The notes: generated by a model not told the origin, from the sequence alone. A stretch of DNA of 64,000 bases from Gemmatimonadales bacterium (GCA_037189525.1 JBBCJC010000002.1:992001-1056000); one strand, 5' to 3'. Positions 37,937 through 48,103 are shown, numbered from the stretch's first letter. Numbers and translations are program-made.

Positions 37937-38877
37937 ACGGTTCGGCGTCTGACGAGGGGGCGCTCCACGAGCGTGGGGCGCCCCCTTCGCCTTCCTCACC
38001 TCCGGATGCCAGCTCGGCACGGGAACGGCTGGGTCGATTCTTTGCCCGACGCCTGAATCGGCACGGCTGGGTGGCCCGACGGGAACTGGGCCAGCCATCT
38101 CCGGGAGATGATCAGCTCCGCCAACAGCTGGCCACTTCGGCCGGCTCGACCTTCCGGCAGGGTTCCGGTGCTTACAGTTGGGCCCTTCGTACCGGCCTGG
38201 TCGAAGACCTGGCGGCGCTCGCTCCCGGTTCGGAGCAGCTCCGCGAAGCCGTCGCCCCTCTACTGACTCTCAGCGGTCGCGCCGGCGCATTTGGGGAAGG
38301 GTGTACCTCCGCGAGACACGGCCACCGCGTCTGCGAGCATTTCATCGGCGGCTTCTTTGCCGTCGCCCCTCCGTCCGCTCGCGTTGCCCCGACCACGTTA
38401 CCCAACGGACGCGCCTACCGGGTCGAATCCCAGGCCCGCTTTGCGGCAAGTTGCTGGATCCTGCGCGCCGTGCTCCTAGCCGGAGCCCAGGACGACGCCG
38501 GTGTGCAGCGGCACCTGAGCAGCTTCGGTTATCTGTTGGAAGAGTGGGATCGCTGGGAGGATTTCCTCATCCCCGACCTGGCCTTTGCCGCGCTCGGCGC
38601 GCTCGCGATTGCTCCGGAGCGGTGGCGTGATACCCGCGAGTCGTTGCTGCGGGTGGTGAGCGGCCGTCAGCTGCGCGACGGGACCTGGCCCAAGGTCGAT
38701 TTCTTCACCGCGCTGGACGGTCTGGTGGCCGTCGATCACCCCACCGCTCGCGAGCTGCTGGAGCGGGCCCTGCCAAGTCTCTTGCAGCGGCAGCGGGAGG
38801 ACGGGTCGTTCGGCACCGTGGCACCCGATGAGCGCGGCCTGATCGGGCTTCGTGTATTGGCCCGCGTGATCGGCTGA
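37933..38877 (+). CDS. Hypothetical protein with prenyltransferase/QW-type repeats
   Basis: GTGA overlap with the upstream stop; RQLRDGTW and RQREDGSFG. Confidence 0.65.
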   Translation: MNGSASDEGALHERGAPPSPSSPPDASSARERLGRFFARRLNRHGWVARRELGQPSPGDDQLRQQLATSAGSTFRQGSGAYSWALRTGLVEDLAALAPGSEQLREAVAPLLTLSGRAGAFGEGCTSARHGHRVCEHFIGGFFAVAPPSARVAPTTLPNGRAYRVESQARFAASCWILRAVLLAGAQDDAGVQRHLSSFGYLLEEWDRWEDFLIPDLAFAALGALAIAPERWRDTRESLLRVVSGRQLRDGTWPKVDFFTALDGLVAVDHPTARELLERALPSLLQRQREDGSFGTVAPDERGLIGLRVLARVIG

Positions 38878-38929
38878 CGGATCGGTTCGGATGGTCCCGC
38901 GGTCCCCCGCGCCGCTCTATATTAGCGGG

Positions 38930-39151
38930 GTGTCCTTCCATTGGTCTCCCACCCGCATGGATCAGTTGGAGCGAGCCGCCCGCGAAGGGAAGCGGGTCGC
39001 CCTGATGCGTCGCGGAACGGAATACGTCGTGATCGCCCGCCGGCTCGAAATCGGCGCGCGCGGTGACCGCCTGATCGGCTTCCTTACCATGTCGGGTCAG
39101 GAGATGGCCTTCGAGCTCGACCAGGTCGAGTCCTTCGAGGTCGTCTCGTGA
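38930..39151 (+). CDS. Small hypothetical protein
   Basis: DQLERAAREGKRVALMRRGTEYVV; GTGA overlap with rnhA; start uncertain (38930 or 38957). Confidence 0.65.
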   Translation: MSFHWSPTRMDQLERAAREGKRVALMRRGTEYVVIARRLEIGARGDRLIGFLTMSGQEMAFELDQVESFEVVS

Positions 39152-39816
39152 CGGCGCCCGTGCCTCGGCCCCGCGTCGTGGTCGCCCACCTGGATGAAAG
39201 CTGTCTGGGCAACGGCCGAGAGGGGTCGAACCCGGGGGGCGCGGCGGGTCTGATCGAAACCCGCACCAGCCGGGGCGTGGAGCGGCGGGATTTCTACGTG
39301 TCGGCGCCGGCCACCACGAACAATCGCATGGCCCTGACCAGCGCCATCACCCTGCTCGAAATCCTGGCCGGCAAGGGCCACCGTTTGCGGGTGCTGGTGA
39401 TTTCCGACTCCGAGTATCTGGTGCGCGGAAGTCGCGAGTGGCTGCCCGGGTGGGTGGCTCGCGGCTGGAAACGCAAAGCGGGGCCGATCGAGAATCTCGA
39501 ACTCTGGCGCTCGCTCCACTCGGCGCTCACCTTGCACGATACCCAACTAGTCTGGGTCCGGGGGCACGCCGGCCATCTCAAGAACGAGTTCGTCAACGAT
39601 CTGGCCATCAAGGCGGCGCGAGAACAGGTCGCCACCAAAGGCGCGATCGAGTCGACGTTACCGGAATGGCTTGCTGCGCATCGTGCCAAGGGGCGCTACC
39701 TCGAATCCGATCCGGATGCGTCGTATGCGGTGCTCGAACAGCGGGTCGCCGCCGGAGAGCGGTTTGCCATGTCGCTGGACGAACGCGCGGTGAGCGCGGC
39801 GGGAGGGCGGGAATGA
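39148..39816 (+). CDS. rnhA: Ribonuclease HI with atypical active site
   Basis: DESCLGN..NPGG, TTNNRM, SDSEYL, WVRGHAGH.KNE. Confidence 0.85.
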   Translation: MTAPVPRPRVVVAHLDESCLGNGREGSNPGGAAGLIETRTSRGVERRDFYVSAPATTNNRMALTSAITLLEILAGKGHRLRVLVISDSEYLVRGSREWLPGWVARGWKRKAGPIENLELWRSLHSALTLHDTQLVWVRGHAGHLKNEFVNDLAIKAAREQVATKGAIESTLPEWLAAHRAKGRYLESDPDASYAVLEQRVAAGERFAMSLDERAVSAAGGRE

Positions 39817-40766
39817 CCGACCTGGAACGCTTCGTCAAACGATTGCTGGAGACCCTCAAGGCCCGTCATCCCGCCGGGGCGCAGCGTCCTTTCACGGTCG
39901 CCGAGTTGCGTGGCGCCGTCCTGCCGTACCGAATGCACCGCTCGGCGCTCGGACTCTCGAGTAGCGAAGACTACGAGCTGCTGGTTTTCCGTCTGATGGC
40001 CGAAGAGGGAGGCTTTGCGCGGACGACGCCACCCGATGCGGCTGACCGCGCCCGGGAAGAGCTGGCGTCGCCGGTGCCGGATCTGGATTTGGTAGAGCTT
40101 TGGGGCGATGCCACGCTCCAGTTGACCCACGACGTCGCCAACCGGCTGGCGGCGATCGAATCTGCCGAGCTGGCGGAAGTCCCGTCTCCCGCCGATCCGG
40201 TTGCGCCGGTAGCTGCGGTGGAGCCCTTGCTACGGGAAGCGGATTTCGTTGAGGCGATAGTCGACGGTGCGGAGCAAGTGCATTGCCTCGCGAATGACGA
40301 GGAGCCGGTCGCGGTAGACCTCGAGGAATTGGTAGTCTCGGATGCGGAGCAGGCGGATGGCGAAGACTCGAATGAGCCGGACACCGAGCCGCTGGAGGGC
40401 AAAGGCTCGAATGAACCGGACACCGAGCTGCTGATCGAGGAACTGCTTCCGACGGTTTCGGTGGCCGCGCCCGCCACGAGTTCGTCGTCGGACGTGCACG
40501 CGCGAGAAGAAATTTCGGCCGAGTTGTCGGCTCCGGCGCCGTTCGAGCCGCTGGCGGACAGTGTCTCGGTCGATGGCATCACGGCCACGTCGATCGGCGA
40601 ACGGGTCTGCCTGTCCTGCGAGGCGCCGCTCCCATCGGATCGGCTCCTGGCCTTCTGCCCTTTCTGCGGCGAACAGGTCGGGGTCCGACGTTGCCGGCGC
40701 TGTGGCAGCGAGATGGAGCCGGACTGGCGATATTGCGGGGCATGCGGAGAGGCCCATGTCCGATAA
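39813..40766 (+). CDS. Double zinc-ribbon domain protein
   Basis: C-terminal CLSC, CPFCG, CRRCG, CGACG; acidic linker. Confidence 0.8.
   Translation: MTDLERFVKRLLETLKARHPAGAQRPFTVAELRGAVLPYRMHRSALGLSSSEDYELLVFRLMAEEGGFARTTPPDAADRAREELASPVPDLDLVELWGDATLQLTHDVANRLAAIESAELAEVPSPADPVAPVAAVEPLLREADFVEAIVDGAEQVHCLANDEEPVAVDLEELVVSDAEQADGEDSNEPDTEPLEGKGSNEPDTELLIEELLPTVSVAAPATSSSSDVHAREEISAELSAPAPFEPLADSVSVDGITATSIGERVCLSCEAPLPSDRLLAFCPFCGEQVGVRRCRRCGSEMEPDWRYCGACGEAHVR
40367..40433 (+). repeat. In-frame tandem duplication, period 39 bp (SNEPDTE)
   Basis: ctcgaatgagccggacaccgagccgctg / ctcgaatgaaccggacaccgagctgctg. Confidence 0.8.
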
Positions 40767-41640
40767 GCTGACCCCCGATCCCCGCAACCGGGTTCCGGCG
40801 ACGATCGACCGCGCCACGCTGGACAAGATCATCCAGCGGGCGGCCGAACTGCAAACCGGTGAGCGGGAGGTGGGTGACCACCTCACGCCCGACGAAGTGC
40901 TGGCACTCGGCAAGGATGTCGGCATCCCGACCAAGTACCTCCAGCAGGCCATGCTGGAGCATCAGACCACCGCGACCGTGGCGCCGGATCAGTCGCTGAC
41001 GGGCCGGCTGGTGGGGGCGGCCGATCTCCAGGCGCAGCGCGTGGTGCAGGGCGACGCGGACGACGTGCTCGAGGCGCTGCTCCGCTGGATGGAAAAGAAC
41101 GAACTGATGGTGGTGCAGCGGCAGCAGGCGGGATGGATCAGCTGGGAGCCGCTCCGCGGAATGCAGGCGGCCATCCGGCGCGGCGCGGCGTCGCTCGATA
41201 CCAGTAAGCCCAAGTTCATGCTCTCCCGCGCCGACGTCGTAGTGGCCACCGTGACGCAACTCGAGCGCGGCTACACTCATGTGACCCTCAATGCGCGGCT
41301 CCGCTCCGCCCGCCGCGACTACGTCGTCGGCGCCTCGGTGTCGACCGGCCTGGGTGTCGGCGGTACCGTCGTTCTCGCGGCACTGGGTGCCATGAGCCTG
41401 GTGGCGGCATTGCCGGTTGGCATCGGGCTCCTGATCAGCGGTGTCGTGATGCGCAGCTATCCGCCAATCGTCGAACGGGTCCAGCTCGGGCTCGAGCGGG
41501 CGCTCGACTTCCTGGAACGGGGCGGCGTCAAGCCGTCGCACGAGCTGCCCGCGCGCGCGCCCGGCATCATGGACCTGCTGGCCAACGAAGTACGGCGCGC
41601 CTTGACCTCGGGCGATCAACGGAAGGGCAAACGGTCATGA
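40756..41640 (+). CDS. Hypothetical membrane protein resembling the kinase C-terminal domain
   Basis: IIQRAAELQ..LTPDEVLALGKDVGI; C-terminal TM hairpin. Confidence 0.75.
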   Translation: MSDKLTPDPRNRVPATIDRATLDKIIQRAAELQTGEREVGDHLTPDEVLALGKDVGIPTKYLQQAMLEHQTTATVAPDQSLTGRLVGAADLQAQRVVQGDADDVLEALLRWMEKNELMVVQRQQAGWISWEPLRGMQAAIRRGAASLDTSKPKFMLSRADVVVATVTQLERGYTHVTLNARLRSARRDYVVGASVSTGLGVGGTVVLAALGAMSLVAALPVGIGLLISGVVMRSYPPIVERVQLGLERALDFLERGGVKPSHELPARAPGIMDLLANEVRRALTSGDQRKGKRS

Positions 41641-42530
41641 GCGAGATACGCATCGAGTCGGTCGGAGTGGTCGGTGGCGGTCTGATGGGCAGCGGGATTG
41701 CCCAGGTATCGGCCGTCGCGGGTATTCCTACCGTGATTCGGGACGTTGGTGAGGCGCAACTCAAAAAGTCGCGCGCCGCCATCGAGCAGTCGCTGGGCAA
41801 GCTGGTCGAGAAGGGCAAAGTCTCGACCGAGCAGCGCGACGGCGCCCTGGAGCGACTCCGCTTTACCACCGATCTCGATGTCGTGGCCGGCAACGATCTG
41901 GTGATCGAGGCCATCTTCGAAGATCTGGACGCCAAGAACGCGCTTTGGCGGGATCTCGACGGCCACGCGCCGGCTTCCTCGATCTTCGCCACGAATACCT
42001 CGAGCCTCACGGTTGCGGCTATGGCCGCGGTGACCAAGCGCCCGACCCAGTTCGTCGGCCTCCACTTCTTCAGTCCGGTGCCGCTGATGGCGCTGGTGGA
42101 AGTGGTCCGGACGGTGACGACATCGCCGGCGGTCTTCGATGCCGCGTTTGCCTGGGCCCGGCGGATCGGCAAGGAGCCGATTGCCGCGAAGGACAGCGCC
42201 GGCTTCGTGGTCAACCTGCTGCTGATCCCGTATATGCTCGATGCGGTCCGCGCGCTCGAACATGGGGTGGCCTCGGTCGAAGATCTCGACAAGGCGATGA
42301 AGCTGGGCTGCAATCACCCGATGGGGCCGCTCACCCTGGCCGACTTCACCGGGCTCGACGTCTGCTATAACGCGGCTGAGATTCTCTTCAAAGAGTTTCG
42401 CGAGACCCGCTATGCGCCGCCGCCGCTGCTCAAGCGCCTGGTGCTGCTGGGTCACCTCGGTCGCAAGACGGGGCGCGGCTTCTACGATTACTCCGTCAAC
42501 CCGCCGGTTCCGGCGAATCTCGGCATCTGA
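41637..42530 (+). CDS. hbd: 3-hydroxybutyryl/3-hydroxyacyl-CoA dehydrogenase
   Basis: GGGLMGSGIA, ATNTSS, GLHFF, HPMGPL, LGRKTGRGFY. Confidence 0.92.
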   Translation: MSEIRIESVGVVGGGLMGSGIAQVSAVAGIPTVIRDVGEAQLKKSRAAIEQSLGKLVEKGKVSTEQRDGALERLRFTTDLDVVAGNDLVIEAIFEDLDAKNALWRDLDGHAPASSIFATNTSSLTVAAMAAVTKRPTQFVGLHFFSPVPLMALVEVVRTVTTSPAVFDAAFAWARRIGKEPIAAKDSAGFVVNLLLIPYMLDAVRALEHGVASVEDLDKAMKLGCNHPMGPLTLADFTGLDVCYNAAEILFKEFRETRYAPPPLLKRLVLLGHLGRKTGRGFYDYSVNPPVPANLGI

Positions 42531-43249
42531 TGCGGATCAGGCTGGCAGCAGCGCTCGCGGTGGCGGCCGGCGTGGCCGTCGGTTGCCGCGCAACGACGGG
42601 GCGGCCGCATTTCGACCCGTTCCCAGAGTCGGAGCATGTCGAGATCGGGTTTGGCCTGATCGATCGCACCGCGACCGTGATGCAGATTACCGATACCGTG
42701 CTGGCCTATCTGGAGGCGGACAGCATTCCGTTTGCCAAGGTGCGCCGGTACGACGGCTATCTGGAAACCGACTGGCTCGACGCGGAAACCCTTCGGCCGG
42801 CGGACCGGCGCCCACTGGGCAGCAACACGGTGCGGGTCCGGGTCTGGATCAACCCGACCATGCCCGGGTACGGCCAGATCGAGGCGGAAACCAGCTACAA
42901 CGTGATGGCCGATCCCTCGCGACCGTCCCGTGAACTGGAAGCCCCGGTCGAACTCGGTCACCCGGTCAACCGGCGCATCGGCGACGTGCTCAAGCGGCTT
43001 GGTACGCTCTACGGCGCCCCGACCGACTCGGTGGCAACGCCTCCGGCCGAGCCGCCGCCCGGAACGCCGCCCGCGCGTCCCGATACCGCCGCGCGCGACA
43101 CCACCGCTCGGCCGGCGCCGCCGGTGCCGGATTCGGTGCGGACCGACACCACTCGTCGTCCGGCTCCGGATTCGGCGCGGACCGATACCACCCGTCGTCC
43201 AGCTCCGGTACCGCCGCCGGCTCCGCTGCCGTTTTCTCCCCGCCCCTGA
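42530..43249 (+). CDS. Hypothetical lipoprotein with Pro-rich repeat tail
   Basis: AVGC lipobox; DGYLETDW. Confidence 0.75.
   Translation: MRIRLAAALAVAAGVAVGCRATTGRPHFDPFPESEHVEIGFGLIDRTATVMQITDTVLAYLEADSIPFAKVRRYDGYLETDWLDAETLRPADRRPLGSNTVRVRVWINPTMPGYGQIEAETSYNVMADPSRPSRELEAPVELGHPVNRRIGDVLKRLGTLYGAPTDSVATPPAEPPPGTPPARPDTAARDTTARPAPPVPDSVRTDTTRRPAPDSARTDTTRRPAPVPPPAPLPFSPRP
43079..43204 (+). repeat. 39-bp tandem repeats (PDS[V/A]RTDTTRRPA)
   Basis: Units 43127-43165 and 43166-43204, plus a degenerate unit at 43079-43117. Confidence 0.8.
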
Positions 43250-43263
43250 CGCGCCGCGACACC

Positions 43264-44910
43264 ATGGATACTCCCACGTTCACCGGCATCTGGCGAACCG
43301 ATGACCGCGCTCGGGCCGCCTACTCGGAAGGGGCCGGGATCTACCGCGTCATTCCCCGCGCCGTGGCGGTTCCGTCGACCACCAAAGCTCTGGTCGATCT
43401 GGTGCGCTGGGCTCACGAGCACGGCGTGCCGCTGGTGCCGCGCGGCGCGGGCAGTGGGATGGCGGGCGGCAACGTCGGTTCGGGGGTCGCACTCGACCTG
43501 ACCGCGCTCGATGGAGCGCCCATCGTGGTCGATCCGATCCGCTGCCTGGCTACTACGGGCGCGGCCGCGCGTCTGGGCGACCTCCGCGAGGCTGCGGCCC
43601 GCCATGATCTGCGGATGCCGGTCGATCCTTCCAGCGAGCGCTGGGTCACGGCCGGCGGCGCCATCGGCACCAACGCGGCCGGCAGCCGGACCGTCAAGTA
43701 CGGTTCGGTCCGCCGCTGGGTCCAGGGCCTCACGCTCGTCAGCGCCGATGGTGAAGTGGTCGTGCTCGAGCGCGGCAAGCCGTCGCCCAGGTGCGCGCTG
43801 GTCGAGCGGATCGAGGCGATCCTGGCCGACACACTCCGCCTGGCGCGCTGGCGGGTCGCGTCGAGCTTCCCCAAGGTGCGCAAGAACACGGCGGGGTACG
43901 GACTCGACGCCTTTCTCGAATCGGGCGACCTGATCGATCTGGTGATCGGCGCCGAAGGCACCCTGGGCATCGTGACGGAGGTGGTCTGGCGATTGGAGCC
44001 GATTCCTCCGCATCGGGTCGGCCTGCGCGCGGCGCTCCGCGATCCCAAGCGGATTTCGCACACCATTCCGGCGCTCCTGGAACTGGCGCCCAGCCGGCTC
44101 GAGTTTCTCGACGGCACCTTCATCCGCTTCGTCGACGACGCCATTCGCGCGGTACCCCGGGGCGACCGGCTGGCCGGCGCCGCGGCGATCTTCATGGTCG
44201 AGTTCGAAGGCAGCGACGCCGCGGCGCTCTCGGGCGATCTGGAGCGGGCGGTGGGTATCCTCCGGCCCGAGAGCCTCGAGGTCGCGGTCGGGGAAGATGA
44301 TACGGAAGTCGAGGCGCTCTGGGCGATTCGGCACGCGGCCAGTCCCAAGCTGGCGTCGCTCGGTGAGCAGTTCCGGACCATGCAGGTCATCGAAGACGGC
44401 TGTGTTCCGGTGACTCGGCTGGGCGAGTATCTCGAGGCCGTTGCGGCCATTGCGATCCGGCGTGAGGTGCCGGTGGTGCTCTTCGGCCACGCCGGTGACG
44501 GCAACGTGCACGCCAATCTGCTGCCCGATGTGACCACCGAGGGCTGGGAAGCGCGGGTCCGCGCCGTGTACGACGACGTGATGCAACTCGTCGTGGCACT
44601 GGGCGGAAGCCCGAGCGGCGAACACGGCGATGGCCGGTTGCGCGCGGGGCTGACCGAGCGGGTCTACGGCTTCGAAGTGAGCCAGATCTTCCGGCAGATC
44701 AAACGCGCCTTCGATCCGGTGGGCATCCTCAATCCCGGGATCAAGCTGGTCGACGGGATCGATCCGCTGCAGTCGCTCAAGGTGGGCAAGGCCGCCGCGC
44801 CCATTCCCGGCGACGTCGAGGCCGGGTTGCGGCGTCTCGAACGGCAGGCGGGATATTCCTGCTCCCGCCTGGCGCTGGCCGATGATCCGCTGGGCGTGCC
44901 GTTGACCTGA
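43264..44910 (+). CDS. FAD-binding oxidoreductase (GlcD/D-lactate dehydrogenase family)
   Basis: PRGAGSG, GAEGTLG, GHAGDGNVH, SGEHGDG, FDPVGILNPG. Confidence 0.9.
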   Translation: MDTPTFTGIWRTDDRARAAYSEGAGIYRVIPRAVAVPSTTKALVDLVRWAHEHGVPLVPRGAGSGMAGGNVGSGVALDLTALDGAPIVVDPIRCLATTGAAARLGDLREAAARHDLRMPVDPSSERWVTAGGAIGTNAAGSRTVKYGSVRRWVQGLTLVSADGEVVVLERGKPSPRCALVERIEAILADTLRLARWRVASSFPKVRKNTAGYGLDAFLESGDLIDLVIGAEGTLGIVTEVVWRLEPIPPHRVGLRAALRDPKRISHTIPALLELAPSRLEFLDGTFIRFVDDAIRAVPRGDRLAGAAAIFMVEFEGSDAAALSGDLERAVGILRPESLEVAVGEDDTEVEALWAIRHAASPKLASLGEQFRTMQVIEDGCVPVTRLGEYLEAVAAIAIRREVPVVLFGHAGDGNVHANLLPDVTTEGWEARVRAVYDDVMQLVVALGGSPSGEHGDGRLRAGLTERVYGFEVSQIFRQIKRAFDPVGILNPGIKLVDGIDPLQSLKVGKAAAPIPGDVEAGLRRLERQAGYSCSRLALADDPLGVPLT

Positions 44911-44929
44911 CCCGGGTTAGGTTCGCGAC

Positions 44930-45262
44930 CTAGCGGAATTCGCCCTCGAGCAGCGGTTCGATCCGCTGCAGCAACGATCTCAAACGTTCGACTTCGGCTG
45001 CCACGACGCGTCGTCCCGATGCCGTAAGCCGGTAGTACCGTCTGGGCGGTCCTTCCGCGCTTTCCTCGATCATCGCATCCACGATCAATCCGCGTTCGAC
45101 CAGCGCCTTGAGCACGCGATAGAGCGTGCCGGGGCCCAGCACGCGATTGCCCATGCCGGTCGTTCGCAACTCGGTCATGATGCCGTAGCCGTGTTTCGGG
45201 CCGGCAGCGAGCGTGGCCATGATCTCGAACTCGCGAGCGCCCAGTCCTCGATGCTCAGTCAT
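44930..45262 (-). CDS. PadR family regulator
   Basis: PKHGYGIM, GPGTLYRVL, RRYYRLTASGR. Confidence 0.9.
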   Translation of the reverse strand: MTEHRGLGAREFEIMATLAAGPKHGYGIMTELRTTGMGNRVLGPGTLYRVLKALVERGLIVDAMIEESAEGPPRRYYRLTASGRRVVAAEVERLRSLLQRIEPLLEGEFR

Positions 45263-47914
45263 TGCGCAGCACCTCCATCGGGTCGGTGGAAGCCGCTCGG
45301 CGCGCAGGAATGTCACAGGCCAGCGCGGCGGCGCCCACCATCACCAGCACGCTTACGCCGAGACTGATCGGGTCGACCGCCCCGACGCCGAAGAGCAGGC
45401 TTCGGATCGCCAGGGCCAGTGCCATGGCTCCCGCCGTACCGAGCCCGATTCCCGCCAGCGTGAGACGTAAACCGTTGCCAAGGATCTCGCGCCTGACCTG
45501 AGCGGCCGGCGCACCGAGCGCCATCCGAATCCCGATCTCGTGGCGTCGCCTGACGACCAGGTAGCTGAGCAGCCCGTAGAGCCCGACCGTCGCGAGCAGC
45601 AGGCCGACCAGACCGAACGAGGACGCCAGCGCCGTGGCGATTCGGTTGGGGAGGAGGTTGATCCCGATGACCTCCTGCAAGGGTGCCTCCATCGTGACGC
45701 CGAGGTCCGGTGCGATCGAGCGGGCCGTGGCCCGCATCGCGCTCCCGATGCCGGCGTCGTGCGGCGCGTGACGGACCAGGAACGAGAGCGACCCGGTCTG
45801 ATTCTGGACGGCGGCGAGGTAGATCATCGGCGTCGGTTGCTCACCGAGCGAACGGTACTTCCCGGTTGGTGTGAGCCCCACGACGACGGCTGGTCGTCCC
45901 GACGTGGCAGTGCCCCAGCGGAGCGCCCGTCCGATCGGATCCTGACCCGGCCAGATCCGCGAAGCCAGCGCCTCGTTCATCACGATCGATAGCGGCCCGC
46001 CTGGTTGGTTGCTCGCGTCGAATCCGCGCCCGCGTACGATCGGGATCCCGGCGACGCCGAAGTAACCGGGCGTCACCGTGGCATGATCGGTCCAGAACAG
46101 GCCCACGCCGGGCTCGGGTTCCCGGCCGTCGATGCTCACGGCGCTTCCCTGGTTGCCCAGGGAGAGCGGTACCTGATCGATGGCGCCCGTCGCGATCGTT
46201 CCGGGGCGTGCGCTCAACTCCCGCTCGAAGCGGTCGGCAAAGGCGAGGATCTGGTCGTGCGAGTAGTGCAGCAGCCGGAAGTCCGATGCCAGGACGTGGA
46301 CGTTCTCCGGGTCGAAGCCGAGGTCGACCTCCGCCGCGCGATCGAGGGCCCGGATGAAGAGCCCGGATGTCACGATCAGCAGGGTCGAGCCCGCCACCTG
46401 GGCAGCGACCAGCAGCGAACGGAACCGCAGGCGGCCGGCTCCCGAGGGGGCGCCGTCATGGAGCGCACCAACCGCGCCGACCCTGGTGCTCTGCAGCGCC
46501 GGGAGTAGTCCGAACAAGAGCCCGGTCGACAGCACCACGACCAGGCTGGCGAGGAGGACCCGCCAATCGGGGGCGAAGTCGAGCTGGAGTGGAACCGGAA
46601 ACGGAAGCGAGAGATGGGCCAGACTCGACACGGCACCCCACGACAGGGCGACGCCGAGTGCCCCACCGACGTGAACACGATGAGGGTCTCGATCAGGAGC
46701 TGGCGGATCAGGCGCGATCGGCTTGCCCCGATTGCCAGGCGGATGGCGGTATCCCGGCTGCGGGCCATCGCGCGGGCCACCATCACGCCCGCGATGTTGC
46801 TGCTGGAAATCAGTAGCACCGTGCCGCCCAGTACCAGAAGCAGGCCGAGGAACCCGAGCACCGGGAGGAGCATCGGGGCCGGCATCGACGAGTATCCTCG
46901 GACGTCGACCCGCCGGTCCCAATCGAGTCCGGCGGCGCGGCCCAGAAGGACCAAGGTGGTCGAGATCCGCTCAGCTACCTGCGCAGGAGCGAGGCCCGGA
47001 GCGCGCCCGATGATTTCAAGCCAGGTCTGCCGCCGGTTGGTCAGTTTGGCGTGCGCATCAGGGCCAAGGCTGGCGGCGAGCGGGACCCAGAGCGCTCCCG
47101 CGATGCCCCCGATGTGCCCTCCGAAGCCGGGCTCCGCGACGCCAACGATGGTAAACGGCTCGCCGTTCAGCGTGACCGAGCGGCCGATCACGCTGGAGTC
47201 GGCTCCGAAGCGATCGCGCCAGGTGGCGTGGCTCAGCACCGTTACGCGTTGCGCGCTCGTGGCGCTCTCCTCGTCGGTGGGAGCCAGCAGCCTGCCCAGA
47301 GCTGGATTGGTGCGCAGAATCGAAAAGTAGCCGCCGCTCACGGCAAAGCCGAACAGCACCTCGGCGTCCCGGCCGAGTGTCGCGCTTGTCATGAAGACGT
47401 GGTAGGAGGCCAGGTCGACCTGGCCTTGCCAGGCGTCGCGGAGATCGCGGAAGTCGGGGGCCGAGAAAGTGTGGAAGCTGGACCCGTTCTGTCCCAGGGC
47501 GTGGACCGTCACCAATTCGTCCGGGGCGCGAATCCCGGCCGGTGTGCGCAGCAACAGACCGTTGGCGATGCTCAAGACGCTGCTGGTGGCGCCGACTCCC
47601 AGGCCGATGATGACGGTTGCCACGGCCAGCAGGGCAGGGGTGCGCCGGAGCGAGCGCCAGGCGTAGCGAGCGTCCTGGCGGATTCCGTCGAACGGCGTCC
47701 GCCGGGTAAGCGGGATGCCGACCCAGGTCCGAAGCAGCGTGATCAGGTGATCGGCCGTGAGGCGGATCGCGACACCGATGCGCCTTGCCCGATTTTGGTT
47801 CGAGATCGCATCCCACTCGGCGTCGGCCATGGTTGCAAGTTCGGTGGCGAGATCGCGATCGAACCAGGGTGGGTAGAGCCGGAAGACCGCGCTGTACCAG
47901 GTAGGGGCAGGCAG
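45255..47914 (-). pseudogene. ADOP-type duplicated MacB/FtsX ABC permease, frameshifted near 46671
   Basis: 5' half (QDARYAWRSLRRTP..RLIRQLLIET) and 3' half (GGALGVALS..HEIGIRMALGA..DPMEVLRND) lie in different frames; N-terminal RLYPPWF motif follows a CTG. Confidence 0.8.
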
Positions 47915-47927
47915 AAAATCCTCGATG

Positions 47928-47948
47928 GTATATCCGAAACGGATATAC
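47928..47948. promoter_or_regulatory. Perfect palindrome GTATATCCG-AAA-CGGATATAC, putative PadR operator
   Basis: 9-bp arms immediately upstream of the ADOP-padR operon RBS. Confidence 0.65.
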
Positions 47949-48103
47949 GTACCGACCCCTCACAATGGTTTCAATTCGGGACGCCGCTCGCGGGATTCCG
48001 TGATTCTCATGGGCGGGTTGCCCTACATGAGGTTGACTTTATTGGAGTCAATCGGGGATTGCATGAAATCGGAACTGAAATTATCGTAAATACATTCTCG
48101 CAA

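Noticed and set aside
39438..39812. N-terminal extension of ORF 39438-40766
   Set aside because: Overlaps rnhA; ATG 39813 has an RBS and ATGA coupling
43009..44625. Long antisense ORFs (also 3291-4817, 50465-51874, 52811-54028, 56088-57518)
   Set aside because: Typical high-GC shadow ORFs opposite well-supported genes, with no motifs
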